From Chromera velia (lineage: Eukaryota), in contig JAHBMJ010000251.1 in the NCBI GenBank assembly GCA_018398765.1, positions 1 through 52,933 of the forward strand: a stretch of 52,933 nt of DNA. The letters run 5' to 3'. The position numbers and the translations under genes are program-made. Positions 1 to 10,575 of this stretch are shown here, in pieces; the stretch's first letter is position 1; every line of letters starts with the position of its first letter. The notes under the pieces were generated by a model. It did not search any database. It was not told where the DNA came from and saw nothing but the letters and a program-made list of their open reading frames with translations.

Positions 1-8
1 GCTCTGGT

Positions 9-2946
9 GTGGAGCCTCGGGAGGGGCAGACACTGGTGGTGGTCGGGAGCAGCTCTGAGCTCGGAGGGTGGGATGCGAGTCGCGGTATCATCCTCCATCG
101 AGTGAAGAACCCTGCCTTCCCAGGCGTGTGGATGTCCTTTCCGATGCTTCACAGCGAGTGCTCTCAAGTGCAGTTTGAGTTTGCCCTTGTCGGGCCGGTT
201 ACCGACACGGTCGCATTGCGTCCGTCAGTGTGTGGTGGTCTGGCGTTGGCCGACGGTGGGTCTCTGGTAGACGGTGGGTGTCAGAGCTCTTCCGCACTGA
301 CCTCACCTTTCTCTCATTCAGCCAACACAAACGGTCGAAGTCAGGGCCGTTGTATGTGCGTGTGGGAGCCTTTGGGGTGTGGGCCGCGGGAGGTGGAGGT
401 CGTCGATGGTGGGTTTGTGTTGTTTGGTGGGCGTTGGGGGGAGGGGGGGACACAGGTGACTCCGTTGACATTGGAGGACATGGTGTTAGCGCAGCAGCAA
501 CTCGAAATTGAACATGACACGTTCCCTTCTGTCTGCTCAGCGTGCGTCAGTGAGAGAGATGGGGAGGGCGGGGATGCAAGGGGAGGGCAGCACTTTGGGG
601 GTCCACCAGAAGATGGTTTGATGGTCAGTGACGTTGCTGCAGAGGCTGGCAGTGAATCGCTTTCTGTTGCCGCAGTGCCTGCTGCCTCGGAGGGAGAGGG
701 CGGGAGGAAAAAGGGCAGGAGGTGTGGGGTGGCTCCGCATGTACAGTCTGAAGCTGAGTTCCCTGACCGCAGAGGCAGAGCATCTGTAGAGGAGAGTACC
801 GAGAATGCGGACACTCTGATTGTGCCTGCCAAGTCTGCTGAAAGTGACGGTGTCTTTTTTCCTGGGGGTCATCCTGAGACCTCTGCGTGTGTGTTTGTGC
901 AGAGGCGGGGGGATCATGAGGGGAAGCGGATGAGAAGAGGGAATGAGCGGTCTAATGAGACACTTCGATTCGGACCTGCAGCTCTGAAGAATGGGGGGGG
1001 GATGGGGGGGGGAAGAGGGGGGGGCTGTGTTGGGAGGGAAGACTGCAGAGAGTGTGAATGGGTTGGTGGGTGTCTGTGACTCTGTCTCTGGTCCCGGTCT
1101 GCTGGTAGGAGAGAGTCAGCAGATGATCTCCCGCGAAGTGCCGGCAGGGGGGAAGTCAATGAGGGCGTCTGCAGTGTGTGCGAGTCCGAAGCGTCGCCAT
1201 CTTTCTTCTCTCCATGTCTCCGTGCCCGAGTCTGACTTACGTCCGTTTCCGTCAGTCCCACAGCAGCACTGCCCCCCTCAGCAGAATCGACAGTTGTCCT
1301 TCACTGAGCACTGCGGAGGTTATAACGTGAGTGGTGGAGGTTTGAAGAGAAAAGTGCACGGTGGATTATGTGAGACTGAAGCAGTGGGAGGAGGGGGGTG
1401 GCAGGGAGTGGACACGAGCCTCCAGAGAGGGGGGGGCGGCCTTTGTCTCCTCGGCTGTCCTCACACTCACTGTGCGTGTGGAGACGGCAACAGCAGTGGG
1501 GGCATGGGGGAGACGAGAGGGGGTAAGAAGAGAGAGCACACAGGAGAGGTCAAGAAGGAGAGGCACGGACACATCCTCTGTCCCCATGGTCGGATGCGCT
1601 CTAGATGCAAGGAGTGCGGAGGCATCAGCATCTGTGAGCATGCCCGACGAAGATACGAATGCAAGGCATGCAGAGGCAAGGGAATCTGTGAGCACGGCCG
1701 GGAGCGTCACAGGTGCAAGGATTGTGGAGGGACGGGTATCTGTGAGCACGGTCGAGAGCGAAACAAGTGCAAAGATTGCAGGGGTAGCAGCGTCTCCTCC
1801 CCCAATTTGCTTCCCCATGATTGCACGCGTGATCGACGACTCGAAGAAGAGGGGCAGAGGGCGCAAGTGGTTCCCTTGAAGCCTCGTCGGCCTGCCAGTG
1901 AGAGTGGCCTCTCTGAGGTCGAGGCTGATGAGTGCGATCAAGTGGGGGGCTGTGTCGGTAAGAGCAAGGAAAATGCTTCGTGGGGAAGGGGTGGGAGTGT
2001 GATGCGTGAAGAGAAGCAGCGGCGGCTGACTGTGTCTGTTTCCGATTCCGCCCCCCTCTCTTCTGAGTTGTGTAGAGGGGGGGGGGTTCCGATGGGCGGC
2101 AGTAATTCGCAGGGGGGGGATGGGGGAGGAGAAGTGAAGAGGAACCGCCGTGGGCAGATTCTCTGCTTACATGGGCGGGTTCGCTACAGGTGCAAGGAGT
2201 GTGGAGGGGGGGCCATTTGTAAGCACGGTCGAGAGCGAAACAAGTGCAAGGATTGCGGAGGGAAGGGCATTTGTGAGCACGGCCGGCAGCATTACAGTTG
2301 TAAGGATTGTGGAGGGAAGGGTATCTGCGAGCACGGTCGAGAGCGTCGCAGGTGTAAGGATTGTGGAGGGACGGGTATCTGCGAGCACGGTCGAGAACGA
2401 AATCATTGCAAAGATTGCAGGGGTAGCAGCATCTGCGAGCACGGTCGCCAACGCAGCAGTTGCAAGGAGTGCGGGGGGAAGAGCATTTGTGAGCACGGCC
2501 GGGAGCGGCACAGGTGTAAGGATTGTGGAGGGACGGGTATCTGCGAGCACGGTCGCCTTCGCTTCTCCTGCAAAGAGTGCGGGGGTAGCAGCATCTGCGA
2601 GCACGGTCGCCGACGCAGCACGTGCAAGGAGTGCGGAGGGAACGGCATTTGTGCGCACGGCCGGCAGCGTTACAGGTGTAAGGATTGTGGAGGGGCGGGT
2701 ATCTGCGAGCACGGTCGAGAGCGACACAAGTGCAAGGAGTGCGGGGGGAAGAGCATTTGTGAGCACGGCCGGAAGCGGCACCAGTGCAGGGATTGCGGAG
2801 GGAAGGGCGTTTGTTGGCATGGTCGACAGCGGTCGGACTGTGTAGAGAGCGAAAGGCAAAAGGGTCGTGAGGAAGGCAGATGCTCCACAGGCTTGAATGT
2901 GAGCGATGAGCCTACCGCCACAGCCGTGGAAGCCAGACAGAAGTGA
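9..2946 (+). CDS. CBM20 (starch-binding-like) N-terminal domain plus tandem 18-aa CxHGRxRxxCKxCGG zinc-finger array; 5' end lies outside the window; frame change at poly-G 993-1025
   Basis: ORF 9-1079 starts GQTLVVVGSSSELGGWD..VW..VQFEFAL, a CBM20-like pattern. ORF 991-2946 has 4 + 12 full repeats (ICEHGRxRxxCKxCGG) and one partial repeat. The two ORFs overlap in G homopolymers, consistent with a sequencing indel. Confidence 0.75.
1576..2850 (+). repeat. 54-bp coding tandem repeats (zinc-finger units) in two blocks, ~1576-1791 and ~2161-2850
   Basis: Unit atctgcgagcacggtcgNNNNcgNNNNNNNtgcaaggaNtgcggaggg recurs with 54-nt period. Confidence 0.95.
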
Positions 2947-5253
2947 ACGTGAATCCACAAAAGCATGCCTGATTTCCTCTGACTTGATGATCTATTGGAA
3001 GTTCTCCTGTGCGTTGTGTTGGGGTGCAGCAGAGTTTTGTGACCATCTGTGTTTGCGGTCTTCGTAAGGAAGTTTTGTTTGACCGAGAAAATAACTTGCC
3101 CTCCCGCATCCATGCAACCGTGTGTGAGAAAGGCGAAAGCAGCAACTCCCACGGTATCTGCACGGACTTCATTTGTCTTTGCTCCTTCTTTCCTCTCTTC
3201 TCTCCATGACGGTGTTTGGGAACAAAAATGAAGGGAGGAAGCACGGACAAAAGGGGAATTAAGTGAAAAGGGAGGGCTGCATGGGTGTGGATCGATGTTG
3301 AAAGGGGGGTGAGTGCAGTGCTGTGGGAGCGGCCTTTGGCTCCCCTGTTGTCAAGTGACGTCGGTGGAGCGACAAAAGAAGAGATCAATCGAGAGCCCGA
3401 GACTTCAATCTGATTGTTTGACTCCTCCTTTTGAATTTCACATCTTCTTCCTTCTTGTTTCTCTCGGGCTTTTCGGGGGCGCAAAAGGGAGCGAAAAGAT
3501 AAAAAAGATTGCACGCCGGGAGTTTTGGGGAATGAAGCAGAGGAGGGCGCTGAATTAAGACCCAGGAAGTGAATGAAAGAAAACGGTTTGCCGATGATGA
3601 AAGAAAATGGCCGGTGACCAGAGAGAAGGGGCAAGAAGGTACGTTGCATGCAGCAGTCAATCGAGATAGGTTGCATGCTTGCTTGGGCGGTCTTTCAAAT
3701 TCGTGCTCCCGCCTTTCTGTGCAGGCGGCTGATTGTCCCCATTCCTTCTTTGTTGCCCAGTCTAGCTTCATTGCCCTTGTTGATCCCCGTAGTTGGTTTC
3801 CCCTTCCCTCGATTCTACTCTCTTCCCTTCTTTTTTGTTTGTGCGTGAGAGGGAGGCGGAATGTTCTGCGCTCTGCCATCCTCCCTGTCGACCTGCTTTT
3901 TCCAAACAAAAGGGTTACCGTACTACACAACCTTTGTAATCCTTCTTTTCGTAATCTTGATTCGCCTTTTGAGCCTGTGTGTTGTTGTCTCGCTCTCCCA
4001 CTAAGTCTGCTTGATAGCAGCAGATGACAATCTCTCTTTGTCCCTTCGTTCCCGCCAGGCTGAGCGTCCCTGCCGGACTTGTTCCCCGTGGACTTCTCAT
4101 ACGTTCTCGCTCCCGCTCCGTCCGAAATGTTTCTTCTCGTTTGTCAGTTTGGATTTTCCCCGCCTGAGTGACACGACGATTACATGTTCGCGGCAAGCAC
4201 TCAGATTTTTCTTTTTCTCGCGTTCTAATTCACTCGACTTTGCACTACGTGTGTTTTTGGTTTTTGTGGATCTTTGTATATCATTGTTAGGCGTTCATGC
4301 GACATTAAAGAAGTGAAGGGGGTCGAAAAAGGAGATTCCAGATTGTCTTAGACCAATTTGTTTATTTAGAAAATTGGAAATGTTATTTGTAGTGTAGGTG
4401 TAATTAAGTGTACAACGCACTTCTTAAAGTTTTCTTTAGAATTTAAAACATGTATCAAATTATTAACTGAGACAGGATTCAAATTTAAATCAGATTTAAA
4501 GCTTTTCAAGATGTTAATCTCCTCTTTGCTGCTTCTTACCAGTTATAAACTTTTAAAAATGTTCTAAAATCTACAATAAACATTCAAAATGATGTATTCA
4601 AGACGTACTTAGTACCATGCATATTGTACAGTGACAATTAAATTGAATTCTAGCTAGAATTCTAAATTGAATTAATATATATACAAGCCTCACTGACTTG
4701 AATAGGATAGGATAGGATTAATGTCTGGAGGATTGGCCTCTTGCCTCAATGCTGAGCGCTCGACGTGCGGCGTCCAGGAAAAGCGCATACATGCGTTGGA
4801 CCTTCCTGGCCGGCCCGCACAGGGCAATTAATTTTTAAACATGACATAACTTTTGACATTACAATTTCAACTTACAACTGGTTTCTACAGTTTTCCTGAA
4901 AATAAAATTAAAACCTAAACTGCTGACGCTATACATGTAAAAAAGTAGTTTAGAGTGCAAGTCTATAGGTGCAATTTATACCATGACCGTGCAAATAAGA
5001 CTGTAAAAATGCGTAAATAAACTAAACTGTAAAACTTACTTAAACAAACTAAAACAAACCCCATGCCTAGCCTCATGCATATCGCACGGTACTGAGTACA
5101 CATTGCAGCATAATTGTCTGTGGGGATGCCGTTGTATCTTTAACGGTTTTCTTGAAACGCGTTCTACTGCGAAAACAGTGGTCATGATTGTGTTCCCTCC
5201 TGACCCACACCCCCTAGCACACACACCCCTAGCCCTAGCCCTAGCCACACCCC

Positions 5254-7029
5254 TTAGTCAAGGCTGAGGATCTCTCTTTTAATGCCGCCTCGAGTCTCTC
5301 TCTCCTTTTTGATCTCTTCGCCCCACAAACTTCCGAACAACCGTACAAATCCCTCTCTGCCTTCACGAGACCGCACATCCTTGACGTTCAAAGCGAAGGC
5401 TTCCGATTTCATCACCAGGGCCATCTGTGATCCCTCAGAAAAGGACACGAAGGGCCACATGGGGTGCGTCTCCAAAGCCTCCACCACCAAGTCAGATGCC
5501 AAAAACTGGTGCTTTGGCCTCTCTAAATCATGCGGTCCCTCACAAAATTGACCCACAGACGCAACAACAACAGCACTCCCATTGTTACTACCAATACAGA
5601 AAGGCCGTCTTTCCCTTGTAATGAAATTGTACAGTGCTCTGGAGGCGCTCACCCGCACCGCTCCAGGATGGTTCGCTGCCCTGACCCACCTACACCTGCA
5701 AGTACTGCTGTTCTCTCTAGTGACCTGCCAGCCTCCCTCCTGAGTCTCTTCTGACCCTCCAACGCACCCACAAGAGAAGAATACTCTGTGGCCCTCTGAC
5801 AGCAGAATCTCATCCTTCTCTCTCTCCACATAATTGTTGTCTTTCCCCCTCTCTTGACAGAACACCCCTGACGGAAGTCTCACAAGACTCCTCTCACGCC
5901 CCTCTGAAAGCTTGTCAAAACGAAGCACGCCAACAACTTCCACGGGGACAGAATCGGTTTCGTTCACTCTCTGCACTCACAGTGGATGCCTCACTCAGAT
6001 GCGGACGCCTCATCGAGTTGACGCACGCAGACGCAAGCAGATCGCCTACTATAACATCACAGGCGGGCTTTGTCAACCCATCAGCCATCATCACAGGCAC
6101 AGAACCACCAACACAACCGCCGCTCCTGCCCCCCCCCCGACNNNNNNNNNNNNNNNNNNNNNNNNNNNNNNNNNNNNNNNNNNNNNNNNNNNNNNNNNNN
6201 NNNNNNNNNNNNNNNNNNNNNNNNNNNNNNNNNNNNNNNNNNNNNNNNNNNNNNNNNNNNNNNNNNNNNNNNNNNNNNNNNNNNNNNNNNNNNNNNNNNN
6301 NNNNNNNNNNNNNNNNNNNNNNNNNNNNNNNNNNNNNNNNNNNNNNNNNNNNNNNNNNNNNNNNNNNNNNNNNNNNNNNNNNNNNNNNNNNNNNNNNNNN
6401 NNNNNNNNNNNNNNNNNNNNNNCCCCCCCCCGACACGAGTACGAGGCGGCGCTCCTACTCGAGATGCCGCTGTTGCCCCTCCTCACGCCCCCCCCGCCTC
6501 CTCCAGGGTTAACACGTGGCGGACAGTATACCTCAGGCAGGTTAGACTGCTCAGCAGACTCCAGAGCATCCCAAAGAATGTCGAAATTGGTGTCTTTCGA
6601 GGTTACATGGGTTTTTGTTCTCTTGTACTGGACGCGCACTGCGACCGCAGCTGAATACCTGGATTCGCATGTGCTCAGGTACTCCCGAATACGATCAATG
6701 AGCTCCTGTAGCTCGGAATGGGTCTTAGACGCACACCAAATGTGATCGTCCAAGAGTTCCTGTGCCGCTCCACATAGACGGTCCAGAGCCTGGTGTGTTT
6801 TCACAATCTGTTGCCTCTCCTTGCGCTGCGTCTCCTGTTTCACAAAGCAGCTGAACTCCAGCTCACCAGTTCTCCTTGAGACTGTACTGTACGATGTGGT
6901 GGTTGTTTCATCTGCAAGGAGGGACTCCAGGGCGGTGCTGGTGGACTCGAATTTGGATTTCAAAGAAGCAACACGGGAGGCTACAGAGTTCGGCCTCCCT
7001 TTTCCAGCAACACTGTTGCACTGCCCCAT
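5254..7029 (-). CDS. Putatively N-myristoylated/palmitoylated helical protein with a C-terminal Hint (Vint-like) autoprocessing domain
   Basis: Starts MGQC. Both flanks of the N-gap read (C)n-GAC, and collapsing them gives an in-frame join ...AASYSCRGGGRSGG-CVGGSVPVMMADGLTKPACDVIVGDLL (Hint block A; Cys at 6113-6115). Downstream are ILLSEGHRVF (block B-like) and a Vint-like tail ALYNFI..VVASVGQ..HQFLASDLVVEAL. One frame change or small intron is needed at ~5960-6030. Confidence 0.65.
6142..6422. other. Assembly gap (N run), probably a spurious gap at a poly-C tract
   Basis: Left flank ends cccccccccgac and right flank starts cccccccccgac. Confidence 0.75.
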
Positions 7030-7177
7030 GGAATGAAAAGAGAGGTATGTTCAGCGAACGGGTTCAGAGAAGAGTTTGGCTGTAAGTTTCTTGTTTGCGG
7101 TTTCTGAAAGCCTCCATTGTCACTGTAATTTGTCAGTGAAAAGTCCTGACTCTCGTGGTGAGTCTCATCTAAAACAC

Positions 7178-7385
7178 TGCATGCAAGCGGCATTTTCTCA
7201 AGTCTCCTTTAATCGGTTCTTAATTGAAGCACGAATAATCGGCTCTCCATGCATGCATGCCGAGCTGCATATGCATGCAATTTTTGTGCCGACAAAGGAC
7301 CAGAGAGACACTAAAGAAGAATTTTTGTGCATGCATGTCATGCATGCTAGCATGCAGTCGAGTCTGAGCGACCGCATATGCATGG
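7178..7385. promoter_or_regulatory. Bidirectional promoter region with a cluster of (T)GCATG(CA) motifs
   Basis: Many TGCATG/GCATGC copies lie between the divergent starts at 7029(-) and 7479(+). TGCATGCA is the established ApiAP2 motif of apicomplexans. Confidence 0.5.
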
Positions 7386-7478
7386 TGATGGCCGCCACTC
7401 AGAGACAACTCAGTGACGACTGTTCGCAGATTTGCAGGGGATCTCCCTTCAAGAGAGCCCAGCAACACTGACGGTCCG

Positions 7479-8507
7479 ATGCTGGCCAGCGCTTTACATC
7501 TCTTGGGACACGTTTTGATCAGCACGACTTTCGCCTTTACGATGATCACCAACGAGGAGTTCTCCCTTTCCTTCCGCTCTCGTCTGAATGCCGTCTCTGT
7601 CTCCTCCCACGTCCTAGAGAAAGCGACCATCAAGGTACGCTGCCAGTGCGGGAATAACGCTTTCGCAGTAGAGGTAGAGAGGTCATCACCTGTGGTGAGA
7701 TGCCACTGTGTCAGATGTCGGAAATTCCACACGAGTGCTTTCGCATCGTATCTCAAAGTGTCAAGAGACGCAATTCCATGCGACTCCACCTCCGCACCCG
7801 TACAGAAATATTTGGACTCATGCAACGAAATCGGTCCTGTGGAACGTCTTTCTTGTGGTTGGTGCAACTCGGTGTTGGCCTCAGTGCCCGCCATTGAGAC
7901 AGGCGGTCCCCTGGGAGGGGGTGCTCTCTTGGCTCTCGGCTGTGTGGAGGATGCCTCTATCCCTCCCGGCCTTGCCAAGGAGTGGGCTCATAAGTTTGAA
8001 GAATGGAAGAAAGAGGAGAGTGCGAAGTGGTGGGAGGCTGCGCCATCAGGAAGGCCTATAAGGGGGTGCAGGGCGGAGAGAACCCTAAGGGGAGGGTGCG
8101 CGTGTGGGGCGTGTACATTCGAGGCTTGGTCAGGGAGTGAATTTCAGACACAGCACTGCTACTGTAATTTGTGCCGCCGTCTATCTGGCTCTGTTGCACA
8201 AACGTGGATCCCTGTGTATAAAGACGGATTTCGATGGACGAAGGAAGACAAGCTGCGAGTAGTTCGGACCACAAAACACGGCCAGCGGCACATGTGCACT
8301 GGGTGCGGGGGGGTTATGACGATTGTATATGATGACCAGCCATACACGGTGTGGCCGTGTGCGGGCGCGATAGAAGACGATTCGATGCCGAAAGCGGAGG
8401 ACATGAGTAGGTCTCTATGCAGGGCCATTCACATCTGCTGCTCTATGATGCAGCCATGGTACGAATTGCCTGAGGACGGCCTGCCTCGGTTGAAGTATGC
8501 GGGCTGA
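7479..8507 (+). CDS. Protein with two tandem GFA/CENP-V (Mss4-like, Zn-binding) domains and a hydrophobic N-terminal leader
   Basis: Domain 1: RCQCG..CHCVRCRK..RLSCGWCNS. Domain 2: GGCACGA..CYCNLCRRLSGS..RHMCTGCG. Intronless; first in-frame ATG at 7479 (MLASALHLLGHVLISTTFAF). Confidence 0.85.
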   Translation: MLASALHLLGHVLISTTFAFTMITNEEFSLSFRSRLNAVSVSSHVLEKATIKVRCQCGNNAFAVEVERSSPVVRCHCVRCRKFHTSAFASYLKVSRDAIPCDSTSAPVQKYLDSCNEIGPVERLSCGWCNSVLASVPAIETGGPLGGGALLALGCVEDASIPPGLAKEWAHKFEEWKKEESAKWWEAAPSGRPIRGCRAERTLRGGCACGACTFEAWSGSEFQTQHCYCNLCRRLSGSVAQTWIPVYKDGFRWTKEDKLRVVRTTKHGQRHMCTGCGGVMTIVYDDQPYTVWPCAGAIEDDSMPKAEDMSRSLCRAIHICCSMMQPWYELPEDGLPRLKYAG

Positions 8508-10575
8508 TTTTTTTTTTTGTCTTGCGAACGCGTCACTTGAACCAAAATGAGGTGACAGTGTTCTAGCTGATCAGAAAGCCTCCAAGAGGTGCACGGGGCT
8601 GCATGTATGATTGCCTTGACGTCATGCAATGAAATTAAGGAGGGGAAGACCCGGGGTGGTGCATCATTCGGGTTGGTTGCGAGGTACGTTGCAGTGAGAG
8701 GAATTAAATGGGAACTCAGTGACGGTTTCATTAATTCTCTTTTTGCAAACTGCATGCAAGTCTTAGGGTGATGAGTAAGCAGGTCACCCTTCTCTCCAAG
8801 TACCGTCAGAGTCACTGTGGCAGGCGGGAAACCGCAAAGAGACAGAAGGGAGAGGAAAGTACTATCCGTCGTGCTTTTGGGCTTGGGAGTGAACCGCAGA
8901 AAGGCGTGGGTTGTCGAGTGCGCTCAAGCGCCCGTTGGAGGGAAGTGGGAATGTTCTCTCTGCGTGGTATTCTTTTGAACTCTGCTCAATGAAAGCACAG
9001 CCGGGGAGGTACAGGACTCGAGGGAAAGGAAAAGAGAAAGAGAAAAAAGCAATTGTTTGTCTGAGGGTATGAGAGAGAGAGGTTGAGAGGGAGGGGGGGA
9101 GAGTCAAGGAGGTCGTGCGCAACAGTCGTCCCCTTCCTGTACGTGTCTGCTTGTCTCCTTCTCATTGGTGATCATCCAATTGTCTTCTCAAAATAATAGA
9201 CTCAAATTTGGTTAGCTAGACAGAAACAGTTTCTCAAGAAATAGCTGTTTCATTGCAATGTCTAGTGCAACATAGATTGGAAGCTTGATTACAATTTAAC
9301 TTACACTGCTTAATTAGATGTAGAATTAAACAGATGTGTTGCAGTCTTCTGTAAAGGAATGGAAGGACCAAAGTAAGGTGGATGTGCTAGGAACCGATCT
9401 TAAAATGCATTCCCCCCCACCCCACCCCCACCCCACAAAGGCTTAATTAGATTTGAAAGCAGATTAGAAAGCAGAAGCTAAAGCTAGAGCTGAAGCCTTG
9501 CCTTGTTTAGTATCATCATCTTATTAGAATTAATATTCGGAGGATTCGTCTCCTGCGTCACTCGCAATGTACCGAGCATTCAAGTTCAACATGCGGCGTA
9601 CTAGTAGCACAGTTATGCATATAATTATATTATATTGATAATTGATGATGATGATGATTGAAGGTTAAATACTAAGTTAGATAACACGGTATACATCTCT
9701 TCTGAGTAAACTAGTGACTACTAAAAATTTAAATTCGACTCCTTTTCTGCCCTCCCTCGATCTGCTCTCATAGTAACCGACGGCTTTCTGTTTGGTTTCC
9801 TACGTCTGCTCTCATTTAACCCACAAAGCGAAAGCAGTGCTCTGTCTGTTGAATGTAGCGACCACAAACTTTATGTACATGATTTTTGTATTCGGTGTGT
9901 TGATGACTTCATGCATAGGCTTTCTTCATGTGCCAAGTAGCTGGATGAAAGAGAATTCCTGCACTGCCTGGCTGAGCTGGAATCCATTAATTCAAATGAT
10001 TGTAACTGTCCACTCCCTGGTGCAAGTACATCTGAACTCTTCATCCGTAATGTCATTCGATCACTTCTATGCTCGCATCCGGCCTGTCTCTTTGATGCCT
10101 GTCTCCCAATTCTAGAAAGTGATTAACTCATCAACTCCACCGGCGACTTAACAAACAACCATGCATGTATGTGCCACCCGGGAGCTTAGCGCTCCAACTG
10201 GGGTTAGGCATCCTCTAACTAACTAACTAACTAACTAATTAACTAGTACATCAACTTCAATTCACCTAGCAATTCACATACATGATTTAACATAAAGTAA
10301 CATCTATAGATTAACATAAATAAATCAATCTAGATTCTAGAATTAAATCAATAGTTAAGCTAGGTTCTGTCACCGTTTGTAGCTGGGTTCTGAGTCATTT
10401 ATGATTTAGTTTGTCATTGCAAATTCAAAAAAATGAAATGAAACACTAGATAAAACAAAGGATCTTACTGTATATATTTTAATTTTCAGAAGAATTTAGG
10501 TAAAGATTTAGAGTAATCCAAAGAATATATCAAAGAAGACCTTTGCATCGTCTGTACGATTACTTACACTAGAAC

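Noticed and set aside
1361..2958. Alternative-frame and antisense ORFs over the zinc-finger array
   Set aside because: Shadows of the 54-bp coding repeat.
2950..4320. ORFs of 150-254 aa downstream of the zinc-finger gene
   Set aside because: No motifs and overlapping in several frames; likely UTR or intergenic.
5205..5258. CCCTAG repeats resembling telomeric DNA
   Set aside because: Only about 4 imperfect copies, immediately 3' of a stop codon; more likely a simple repeat.
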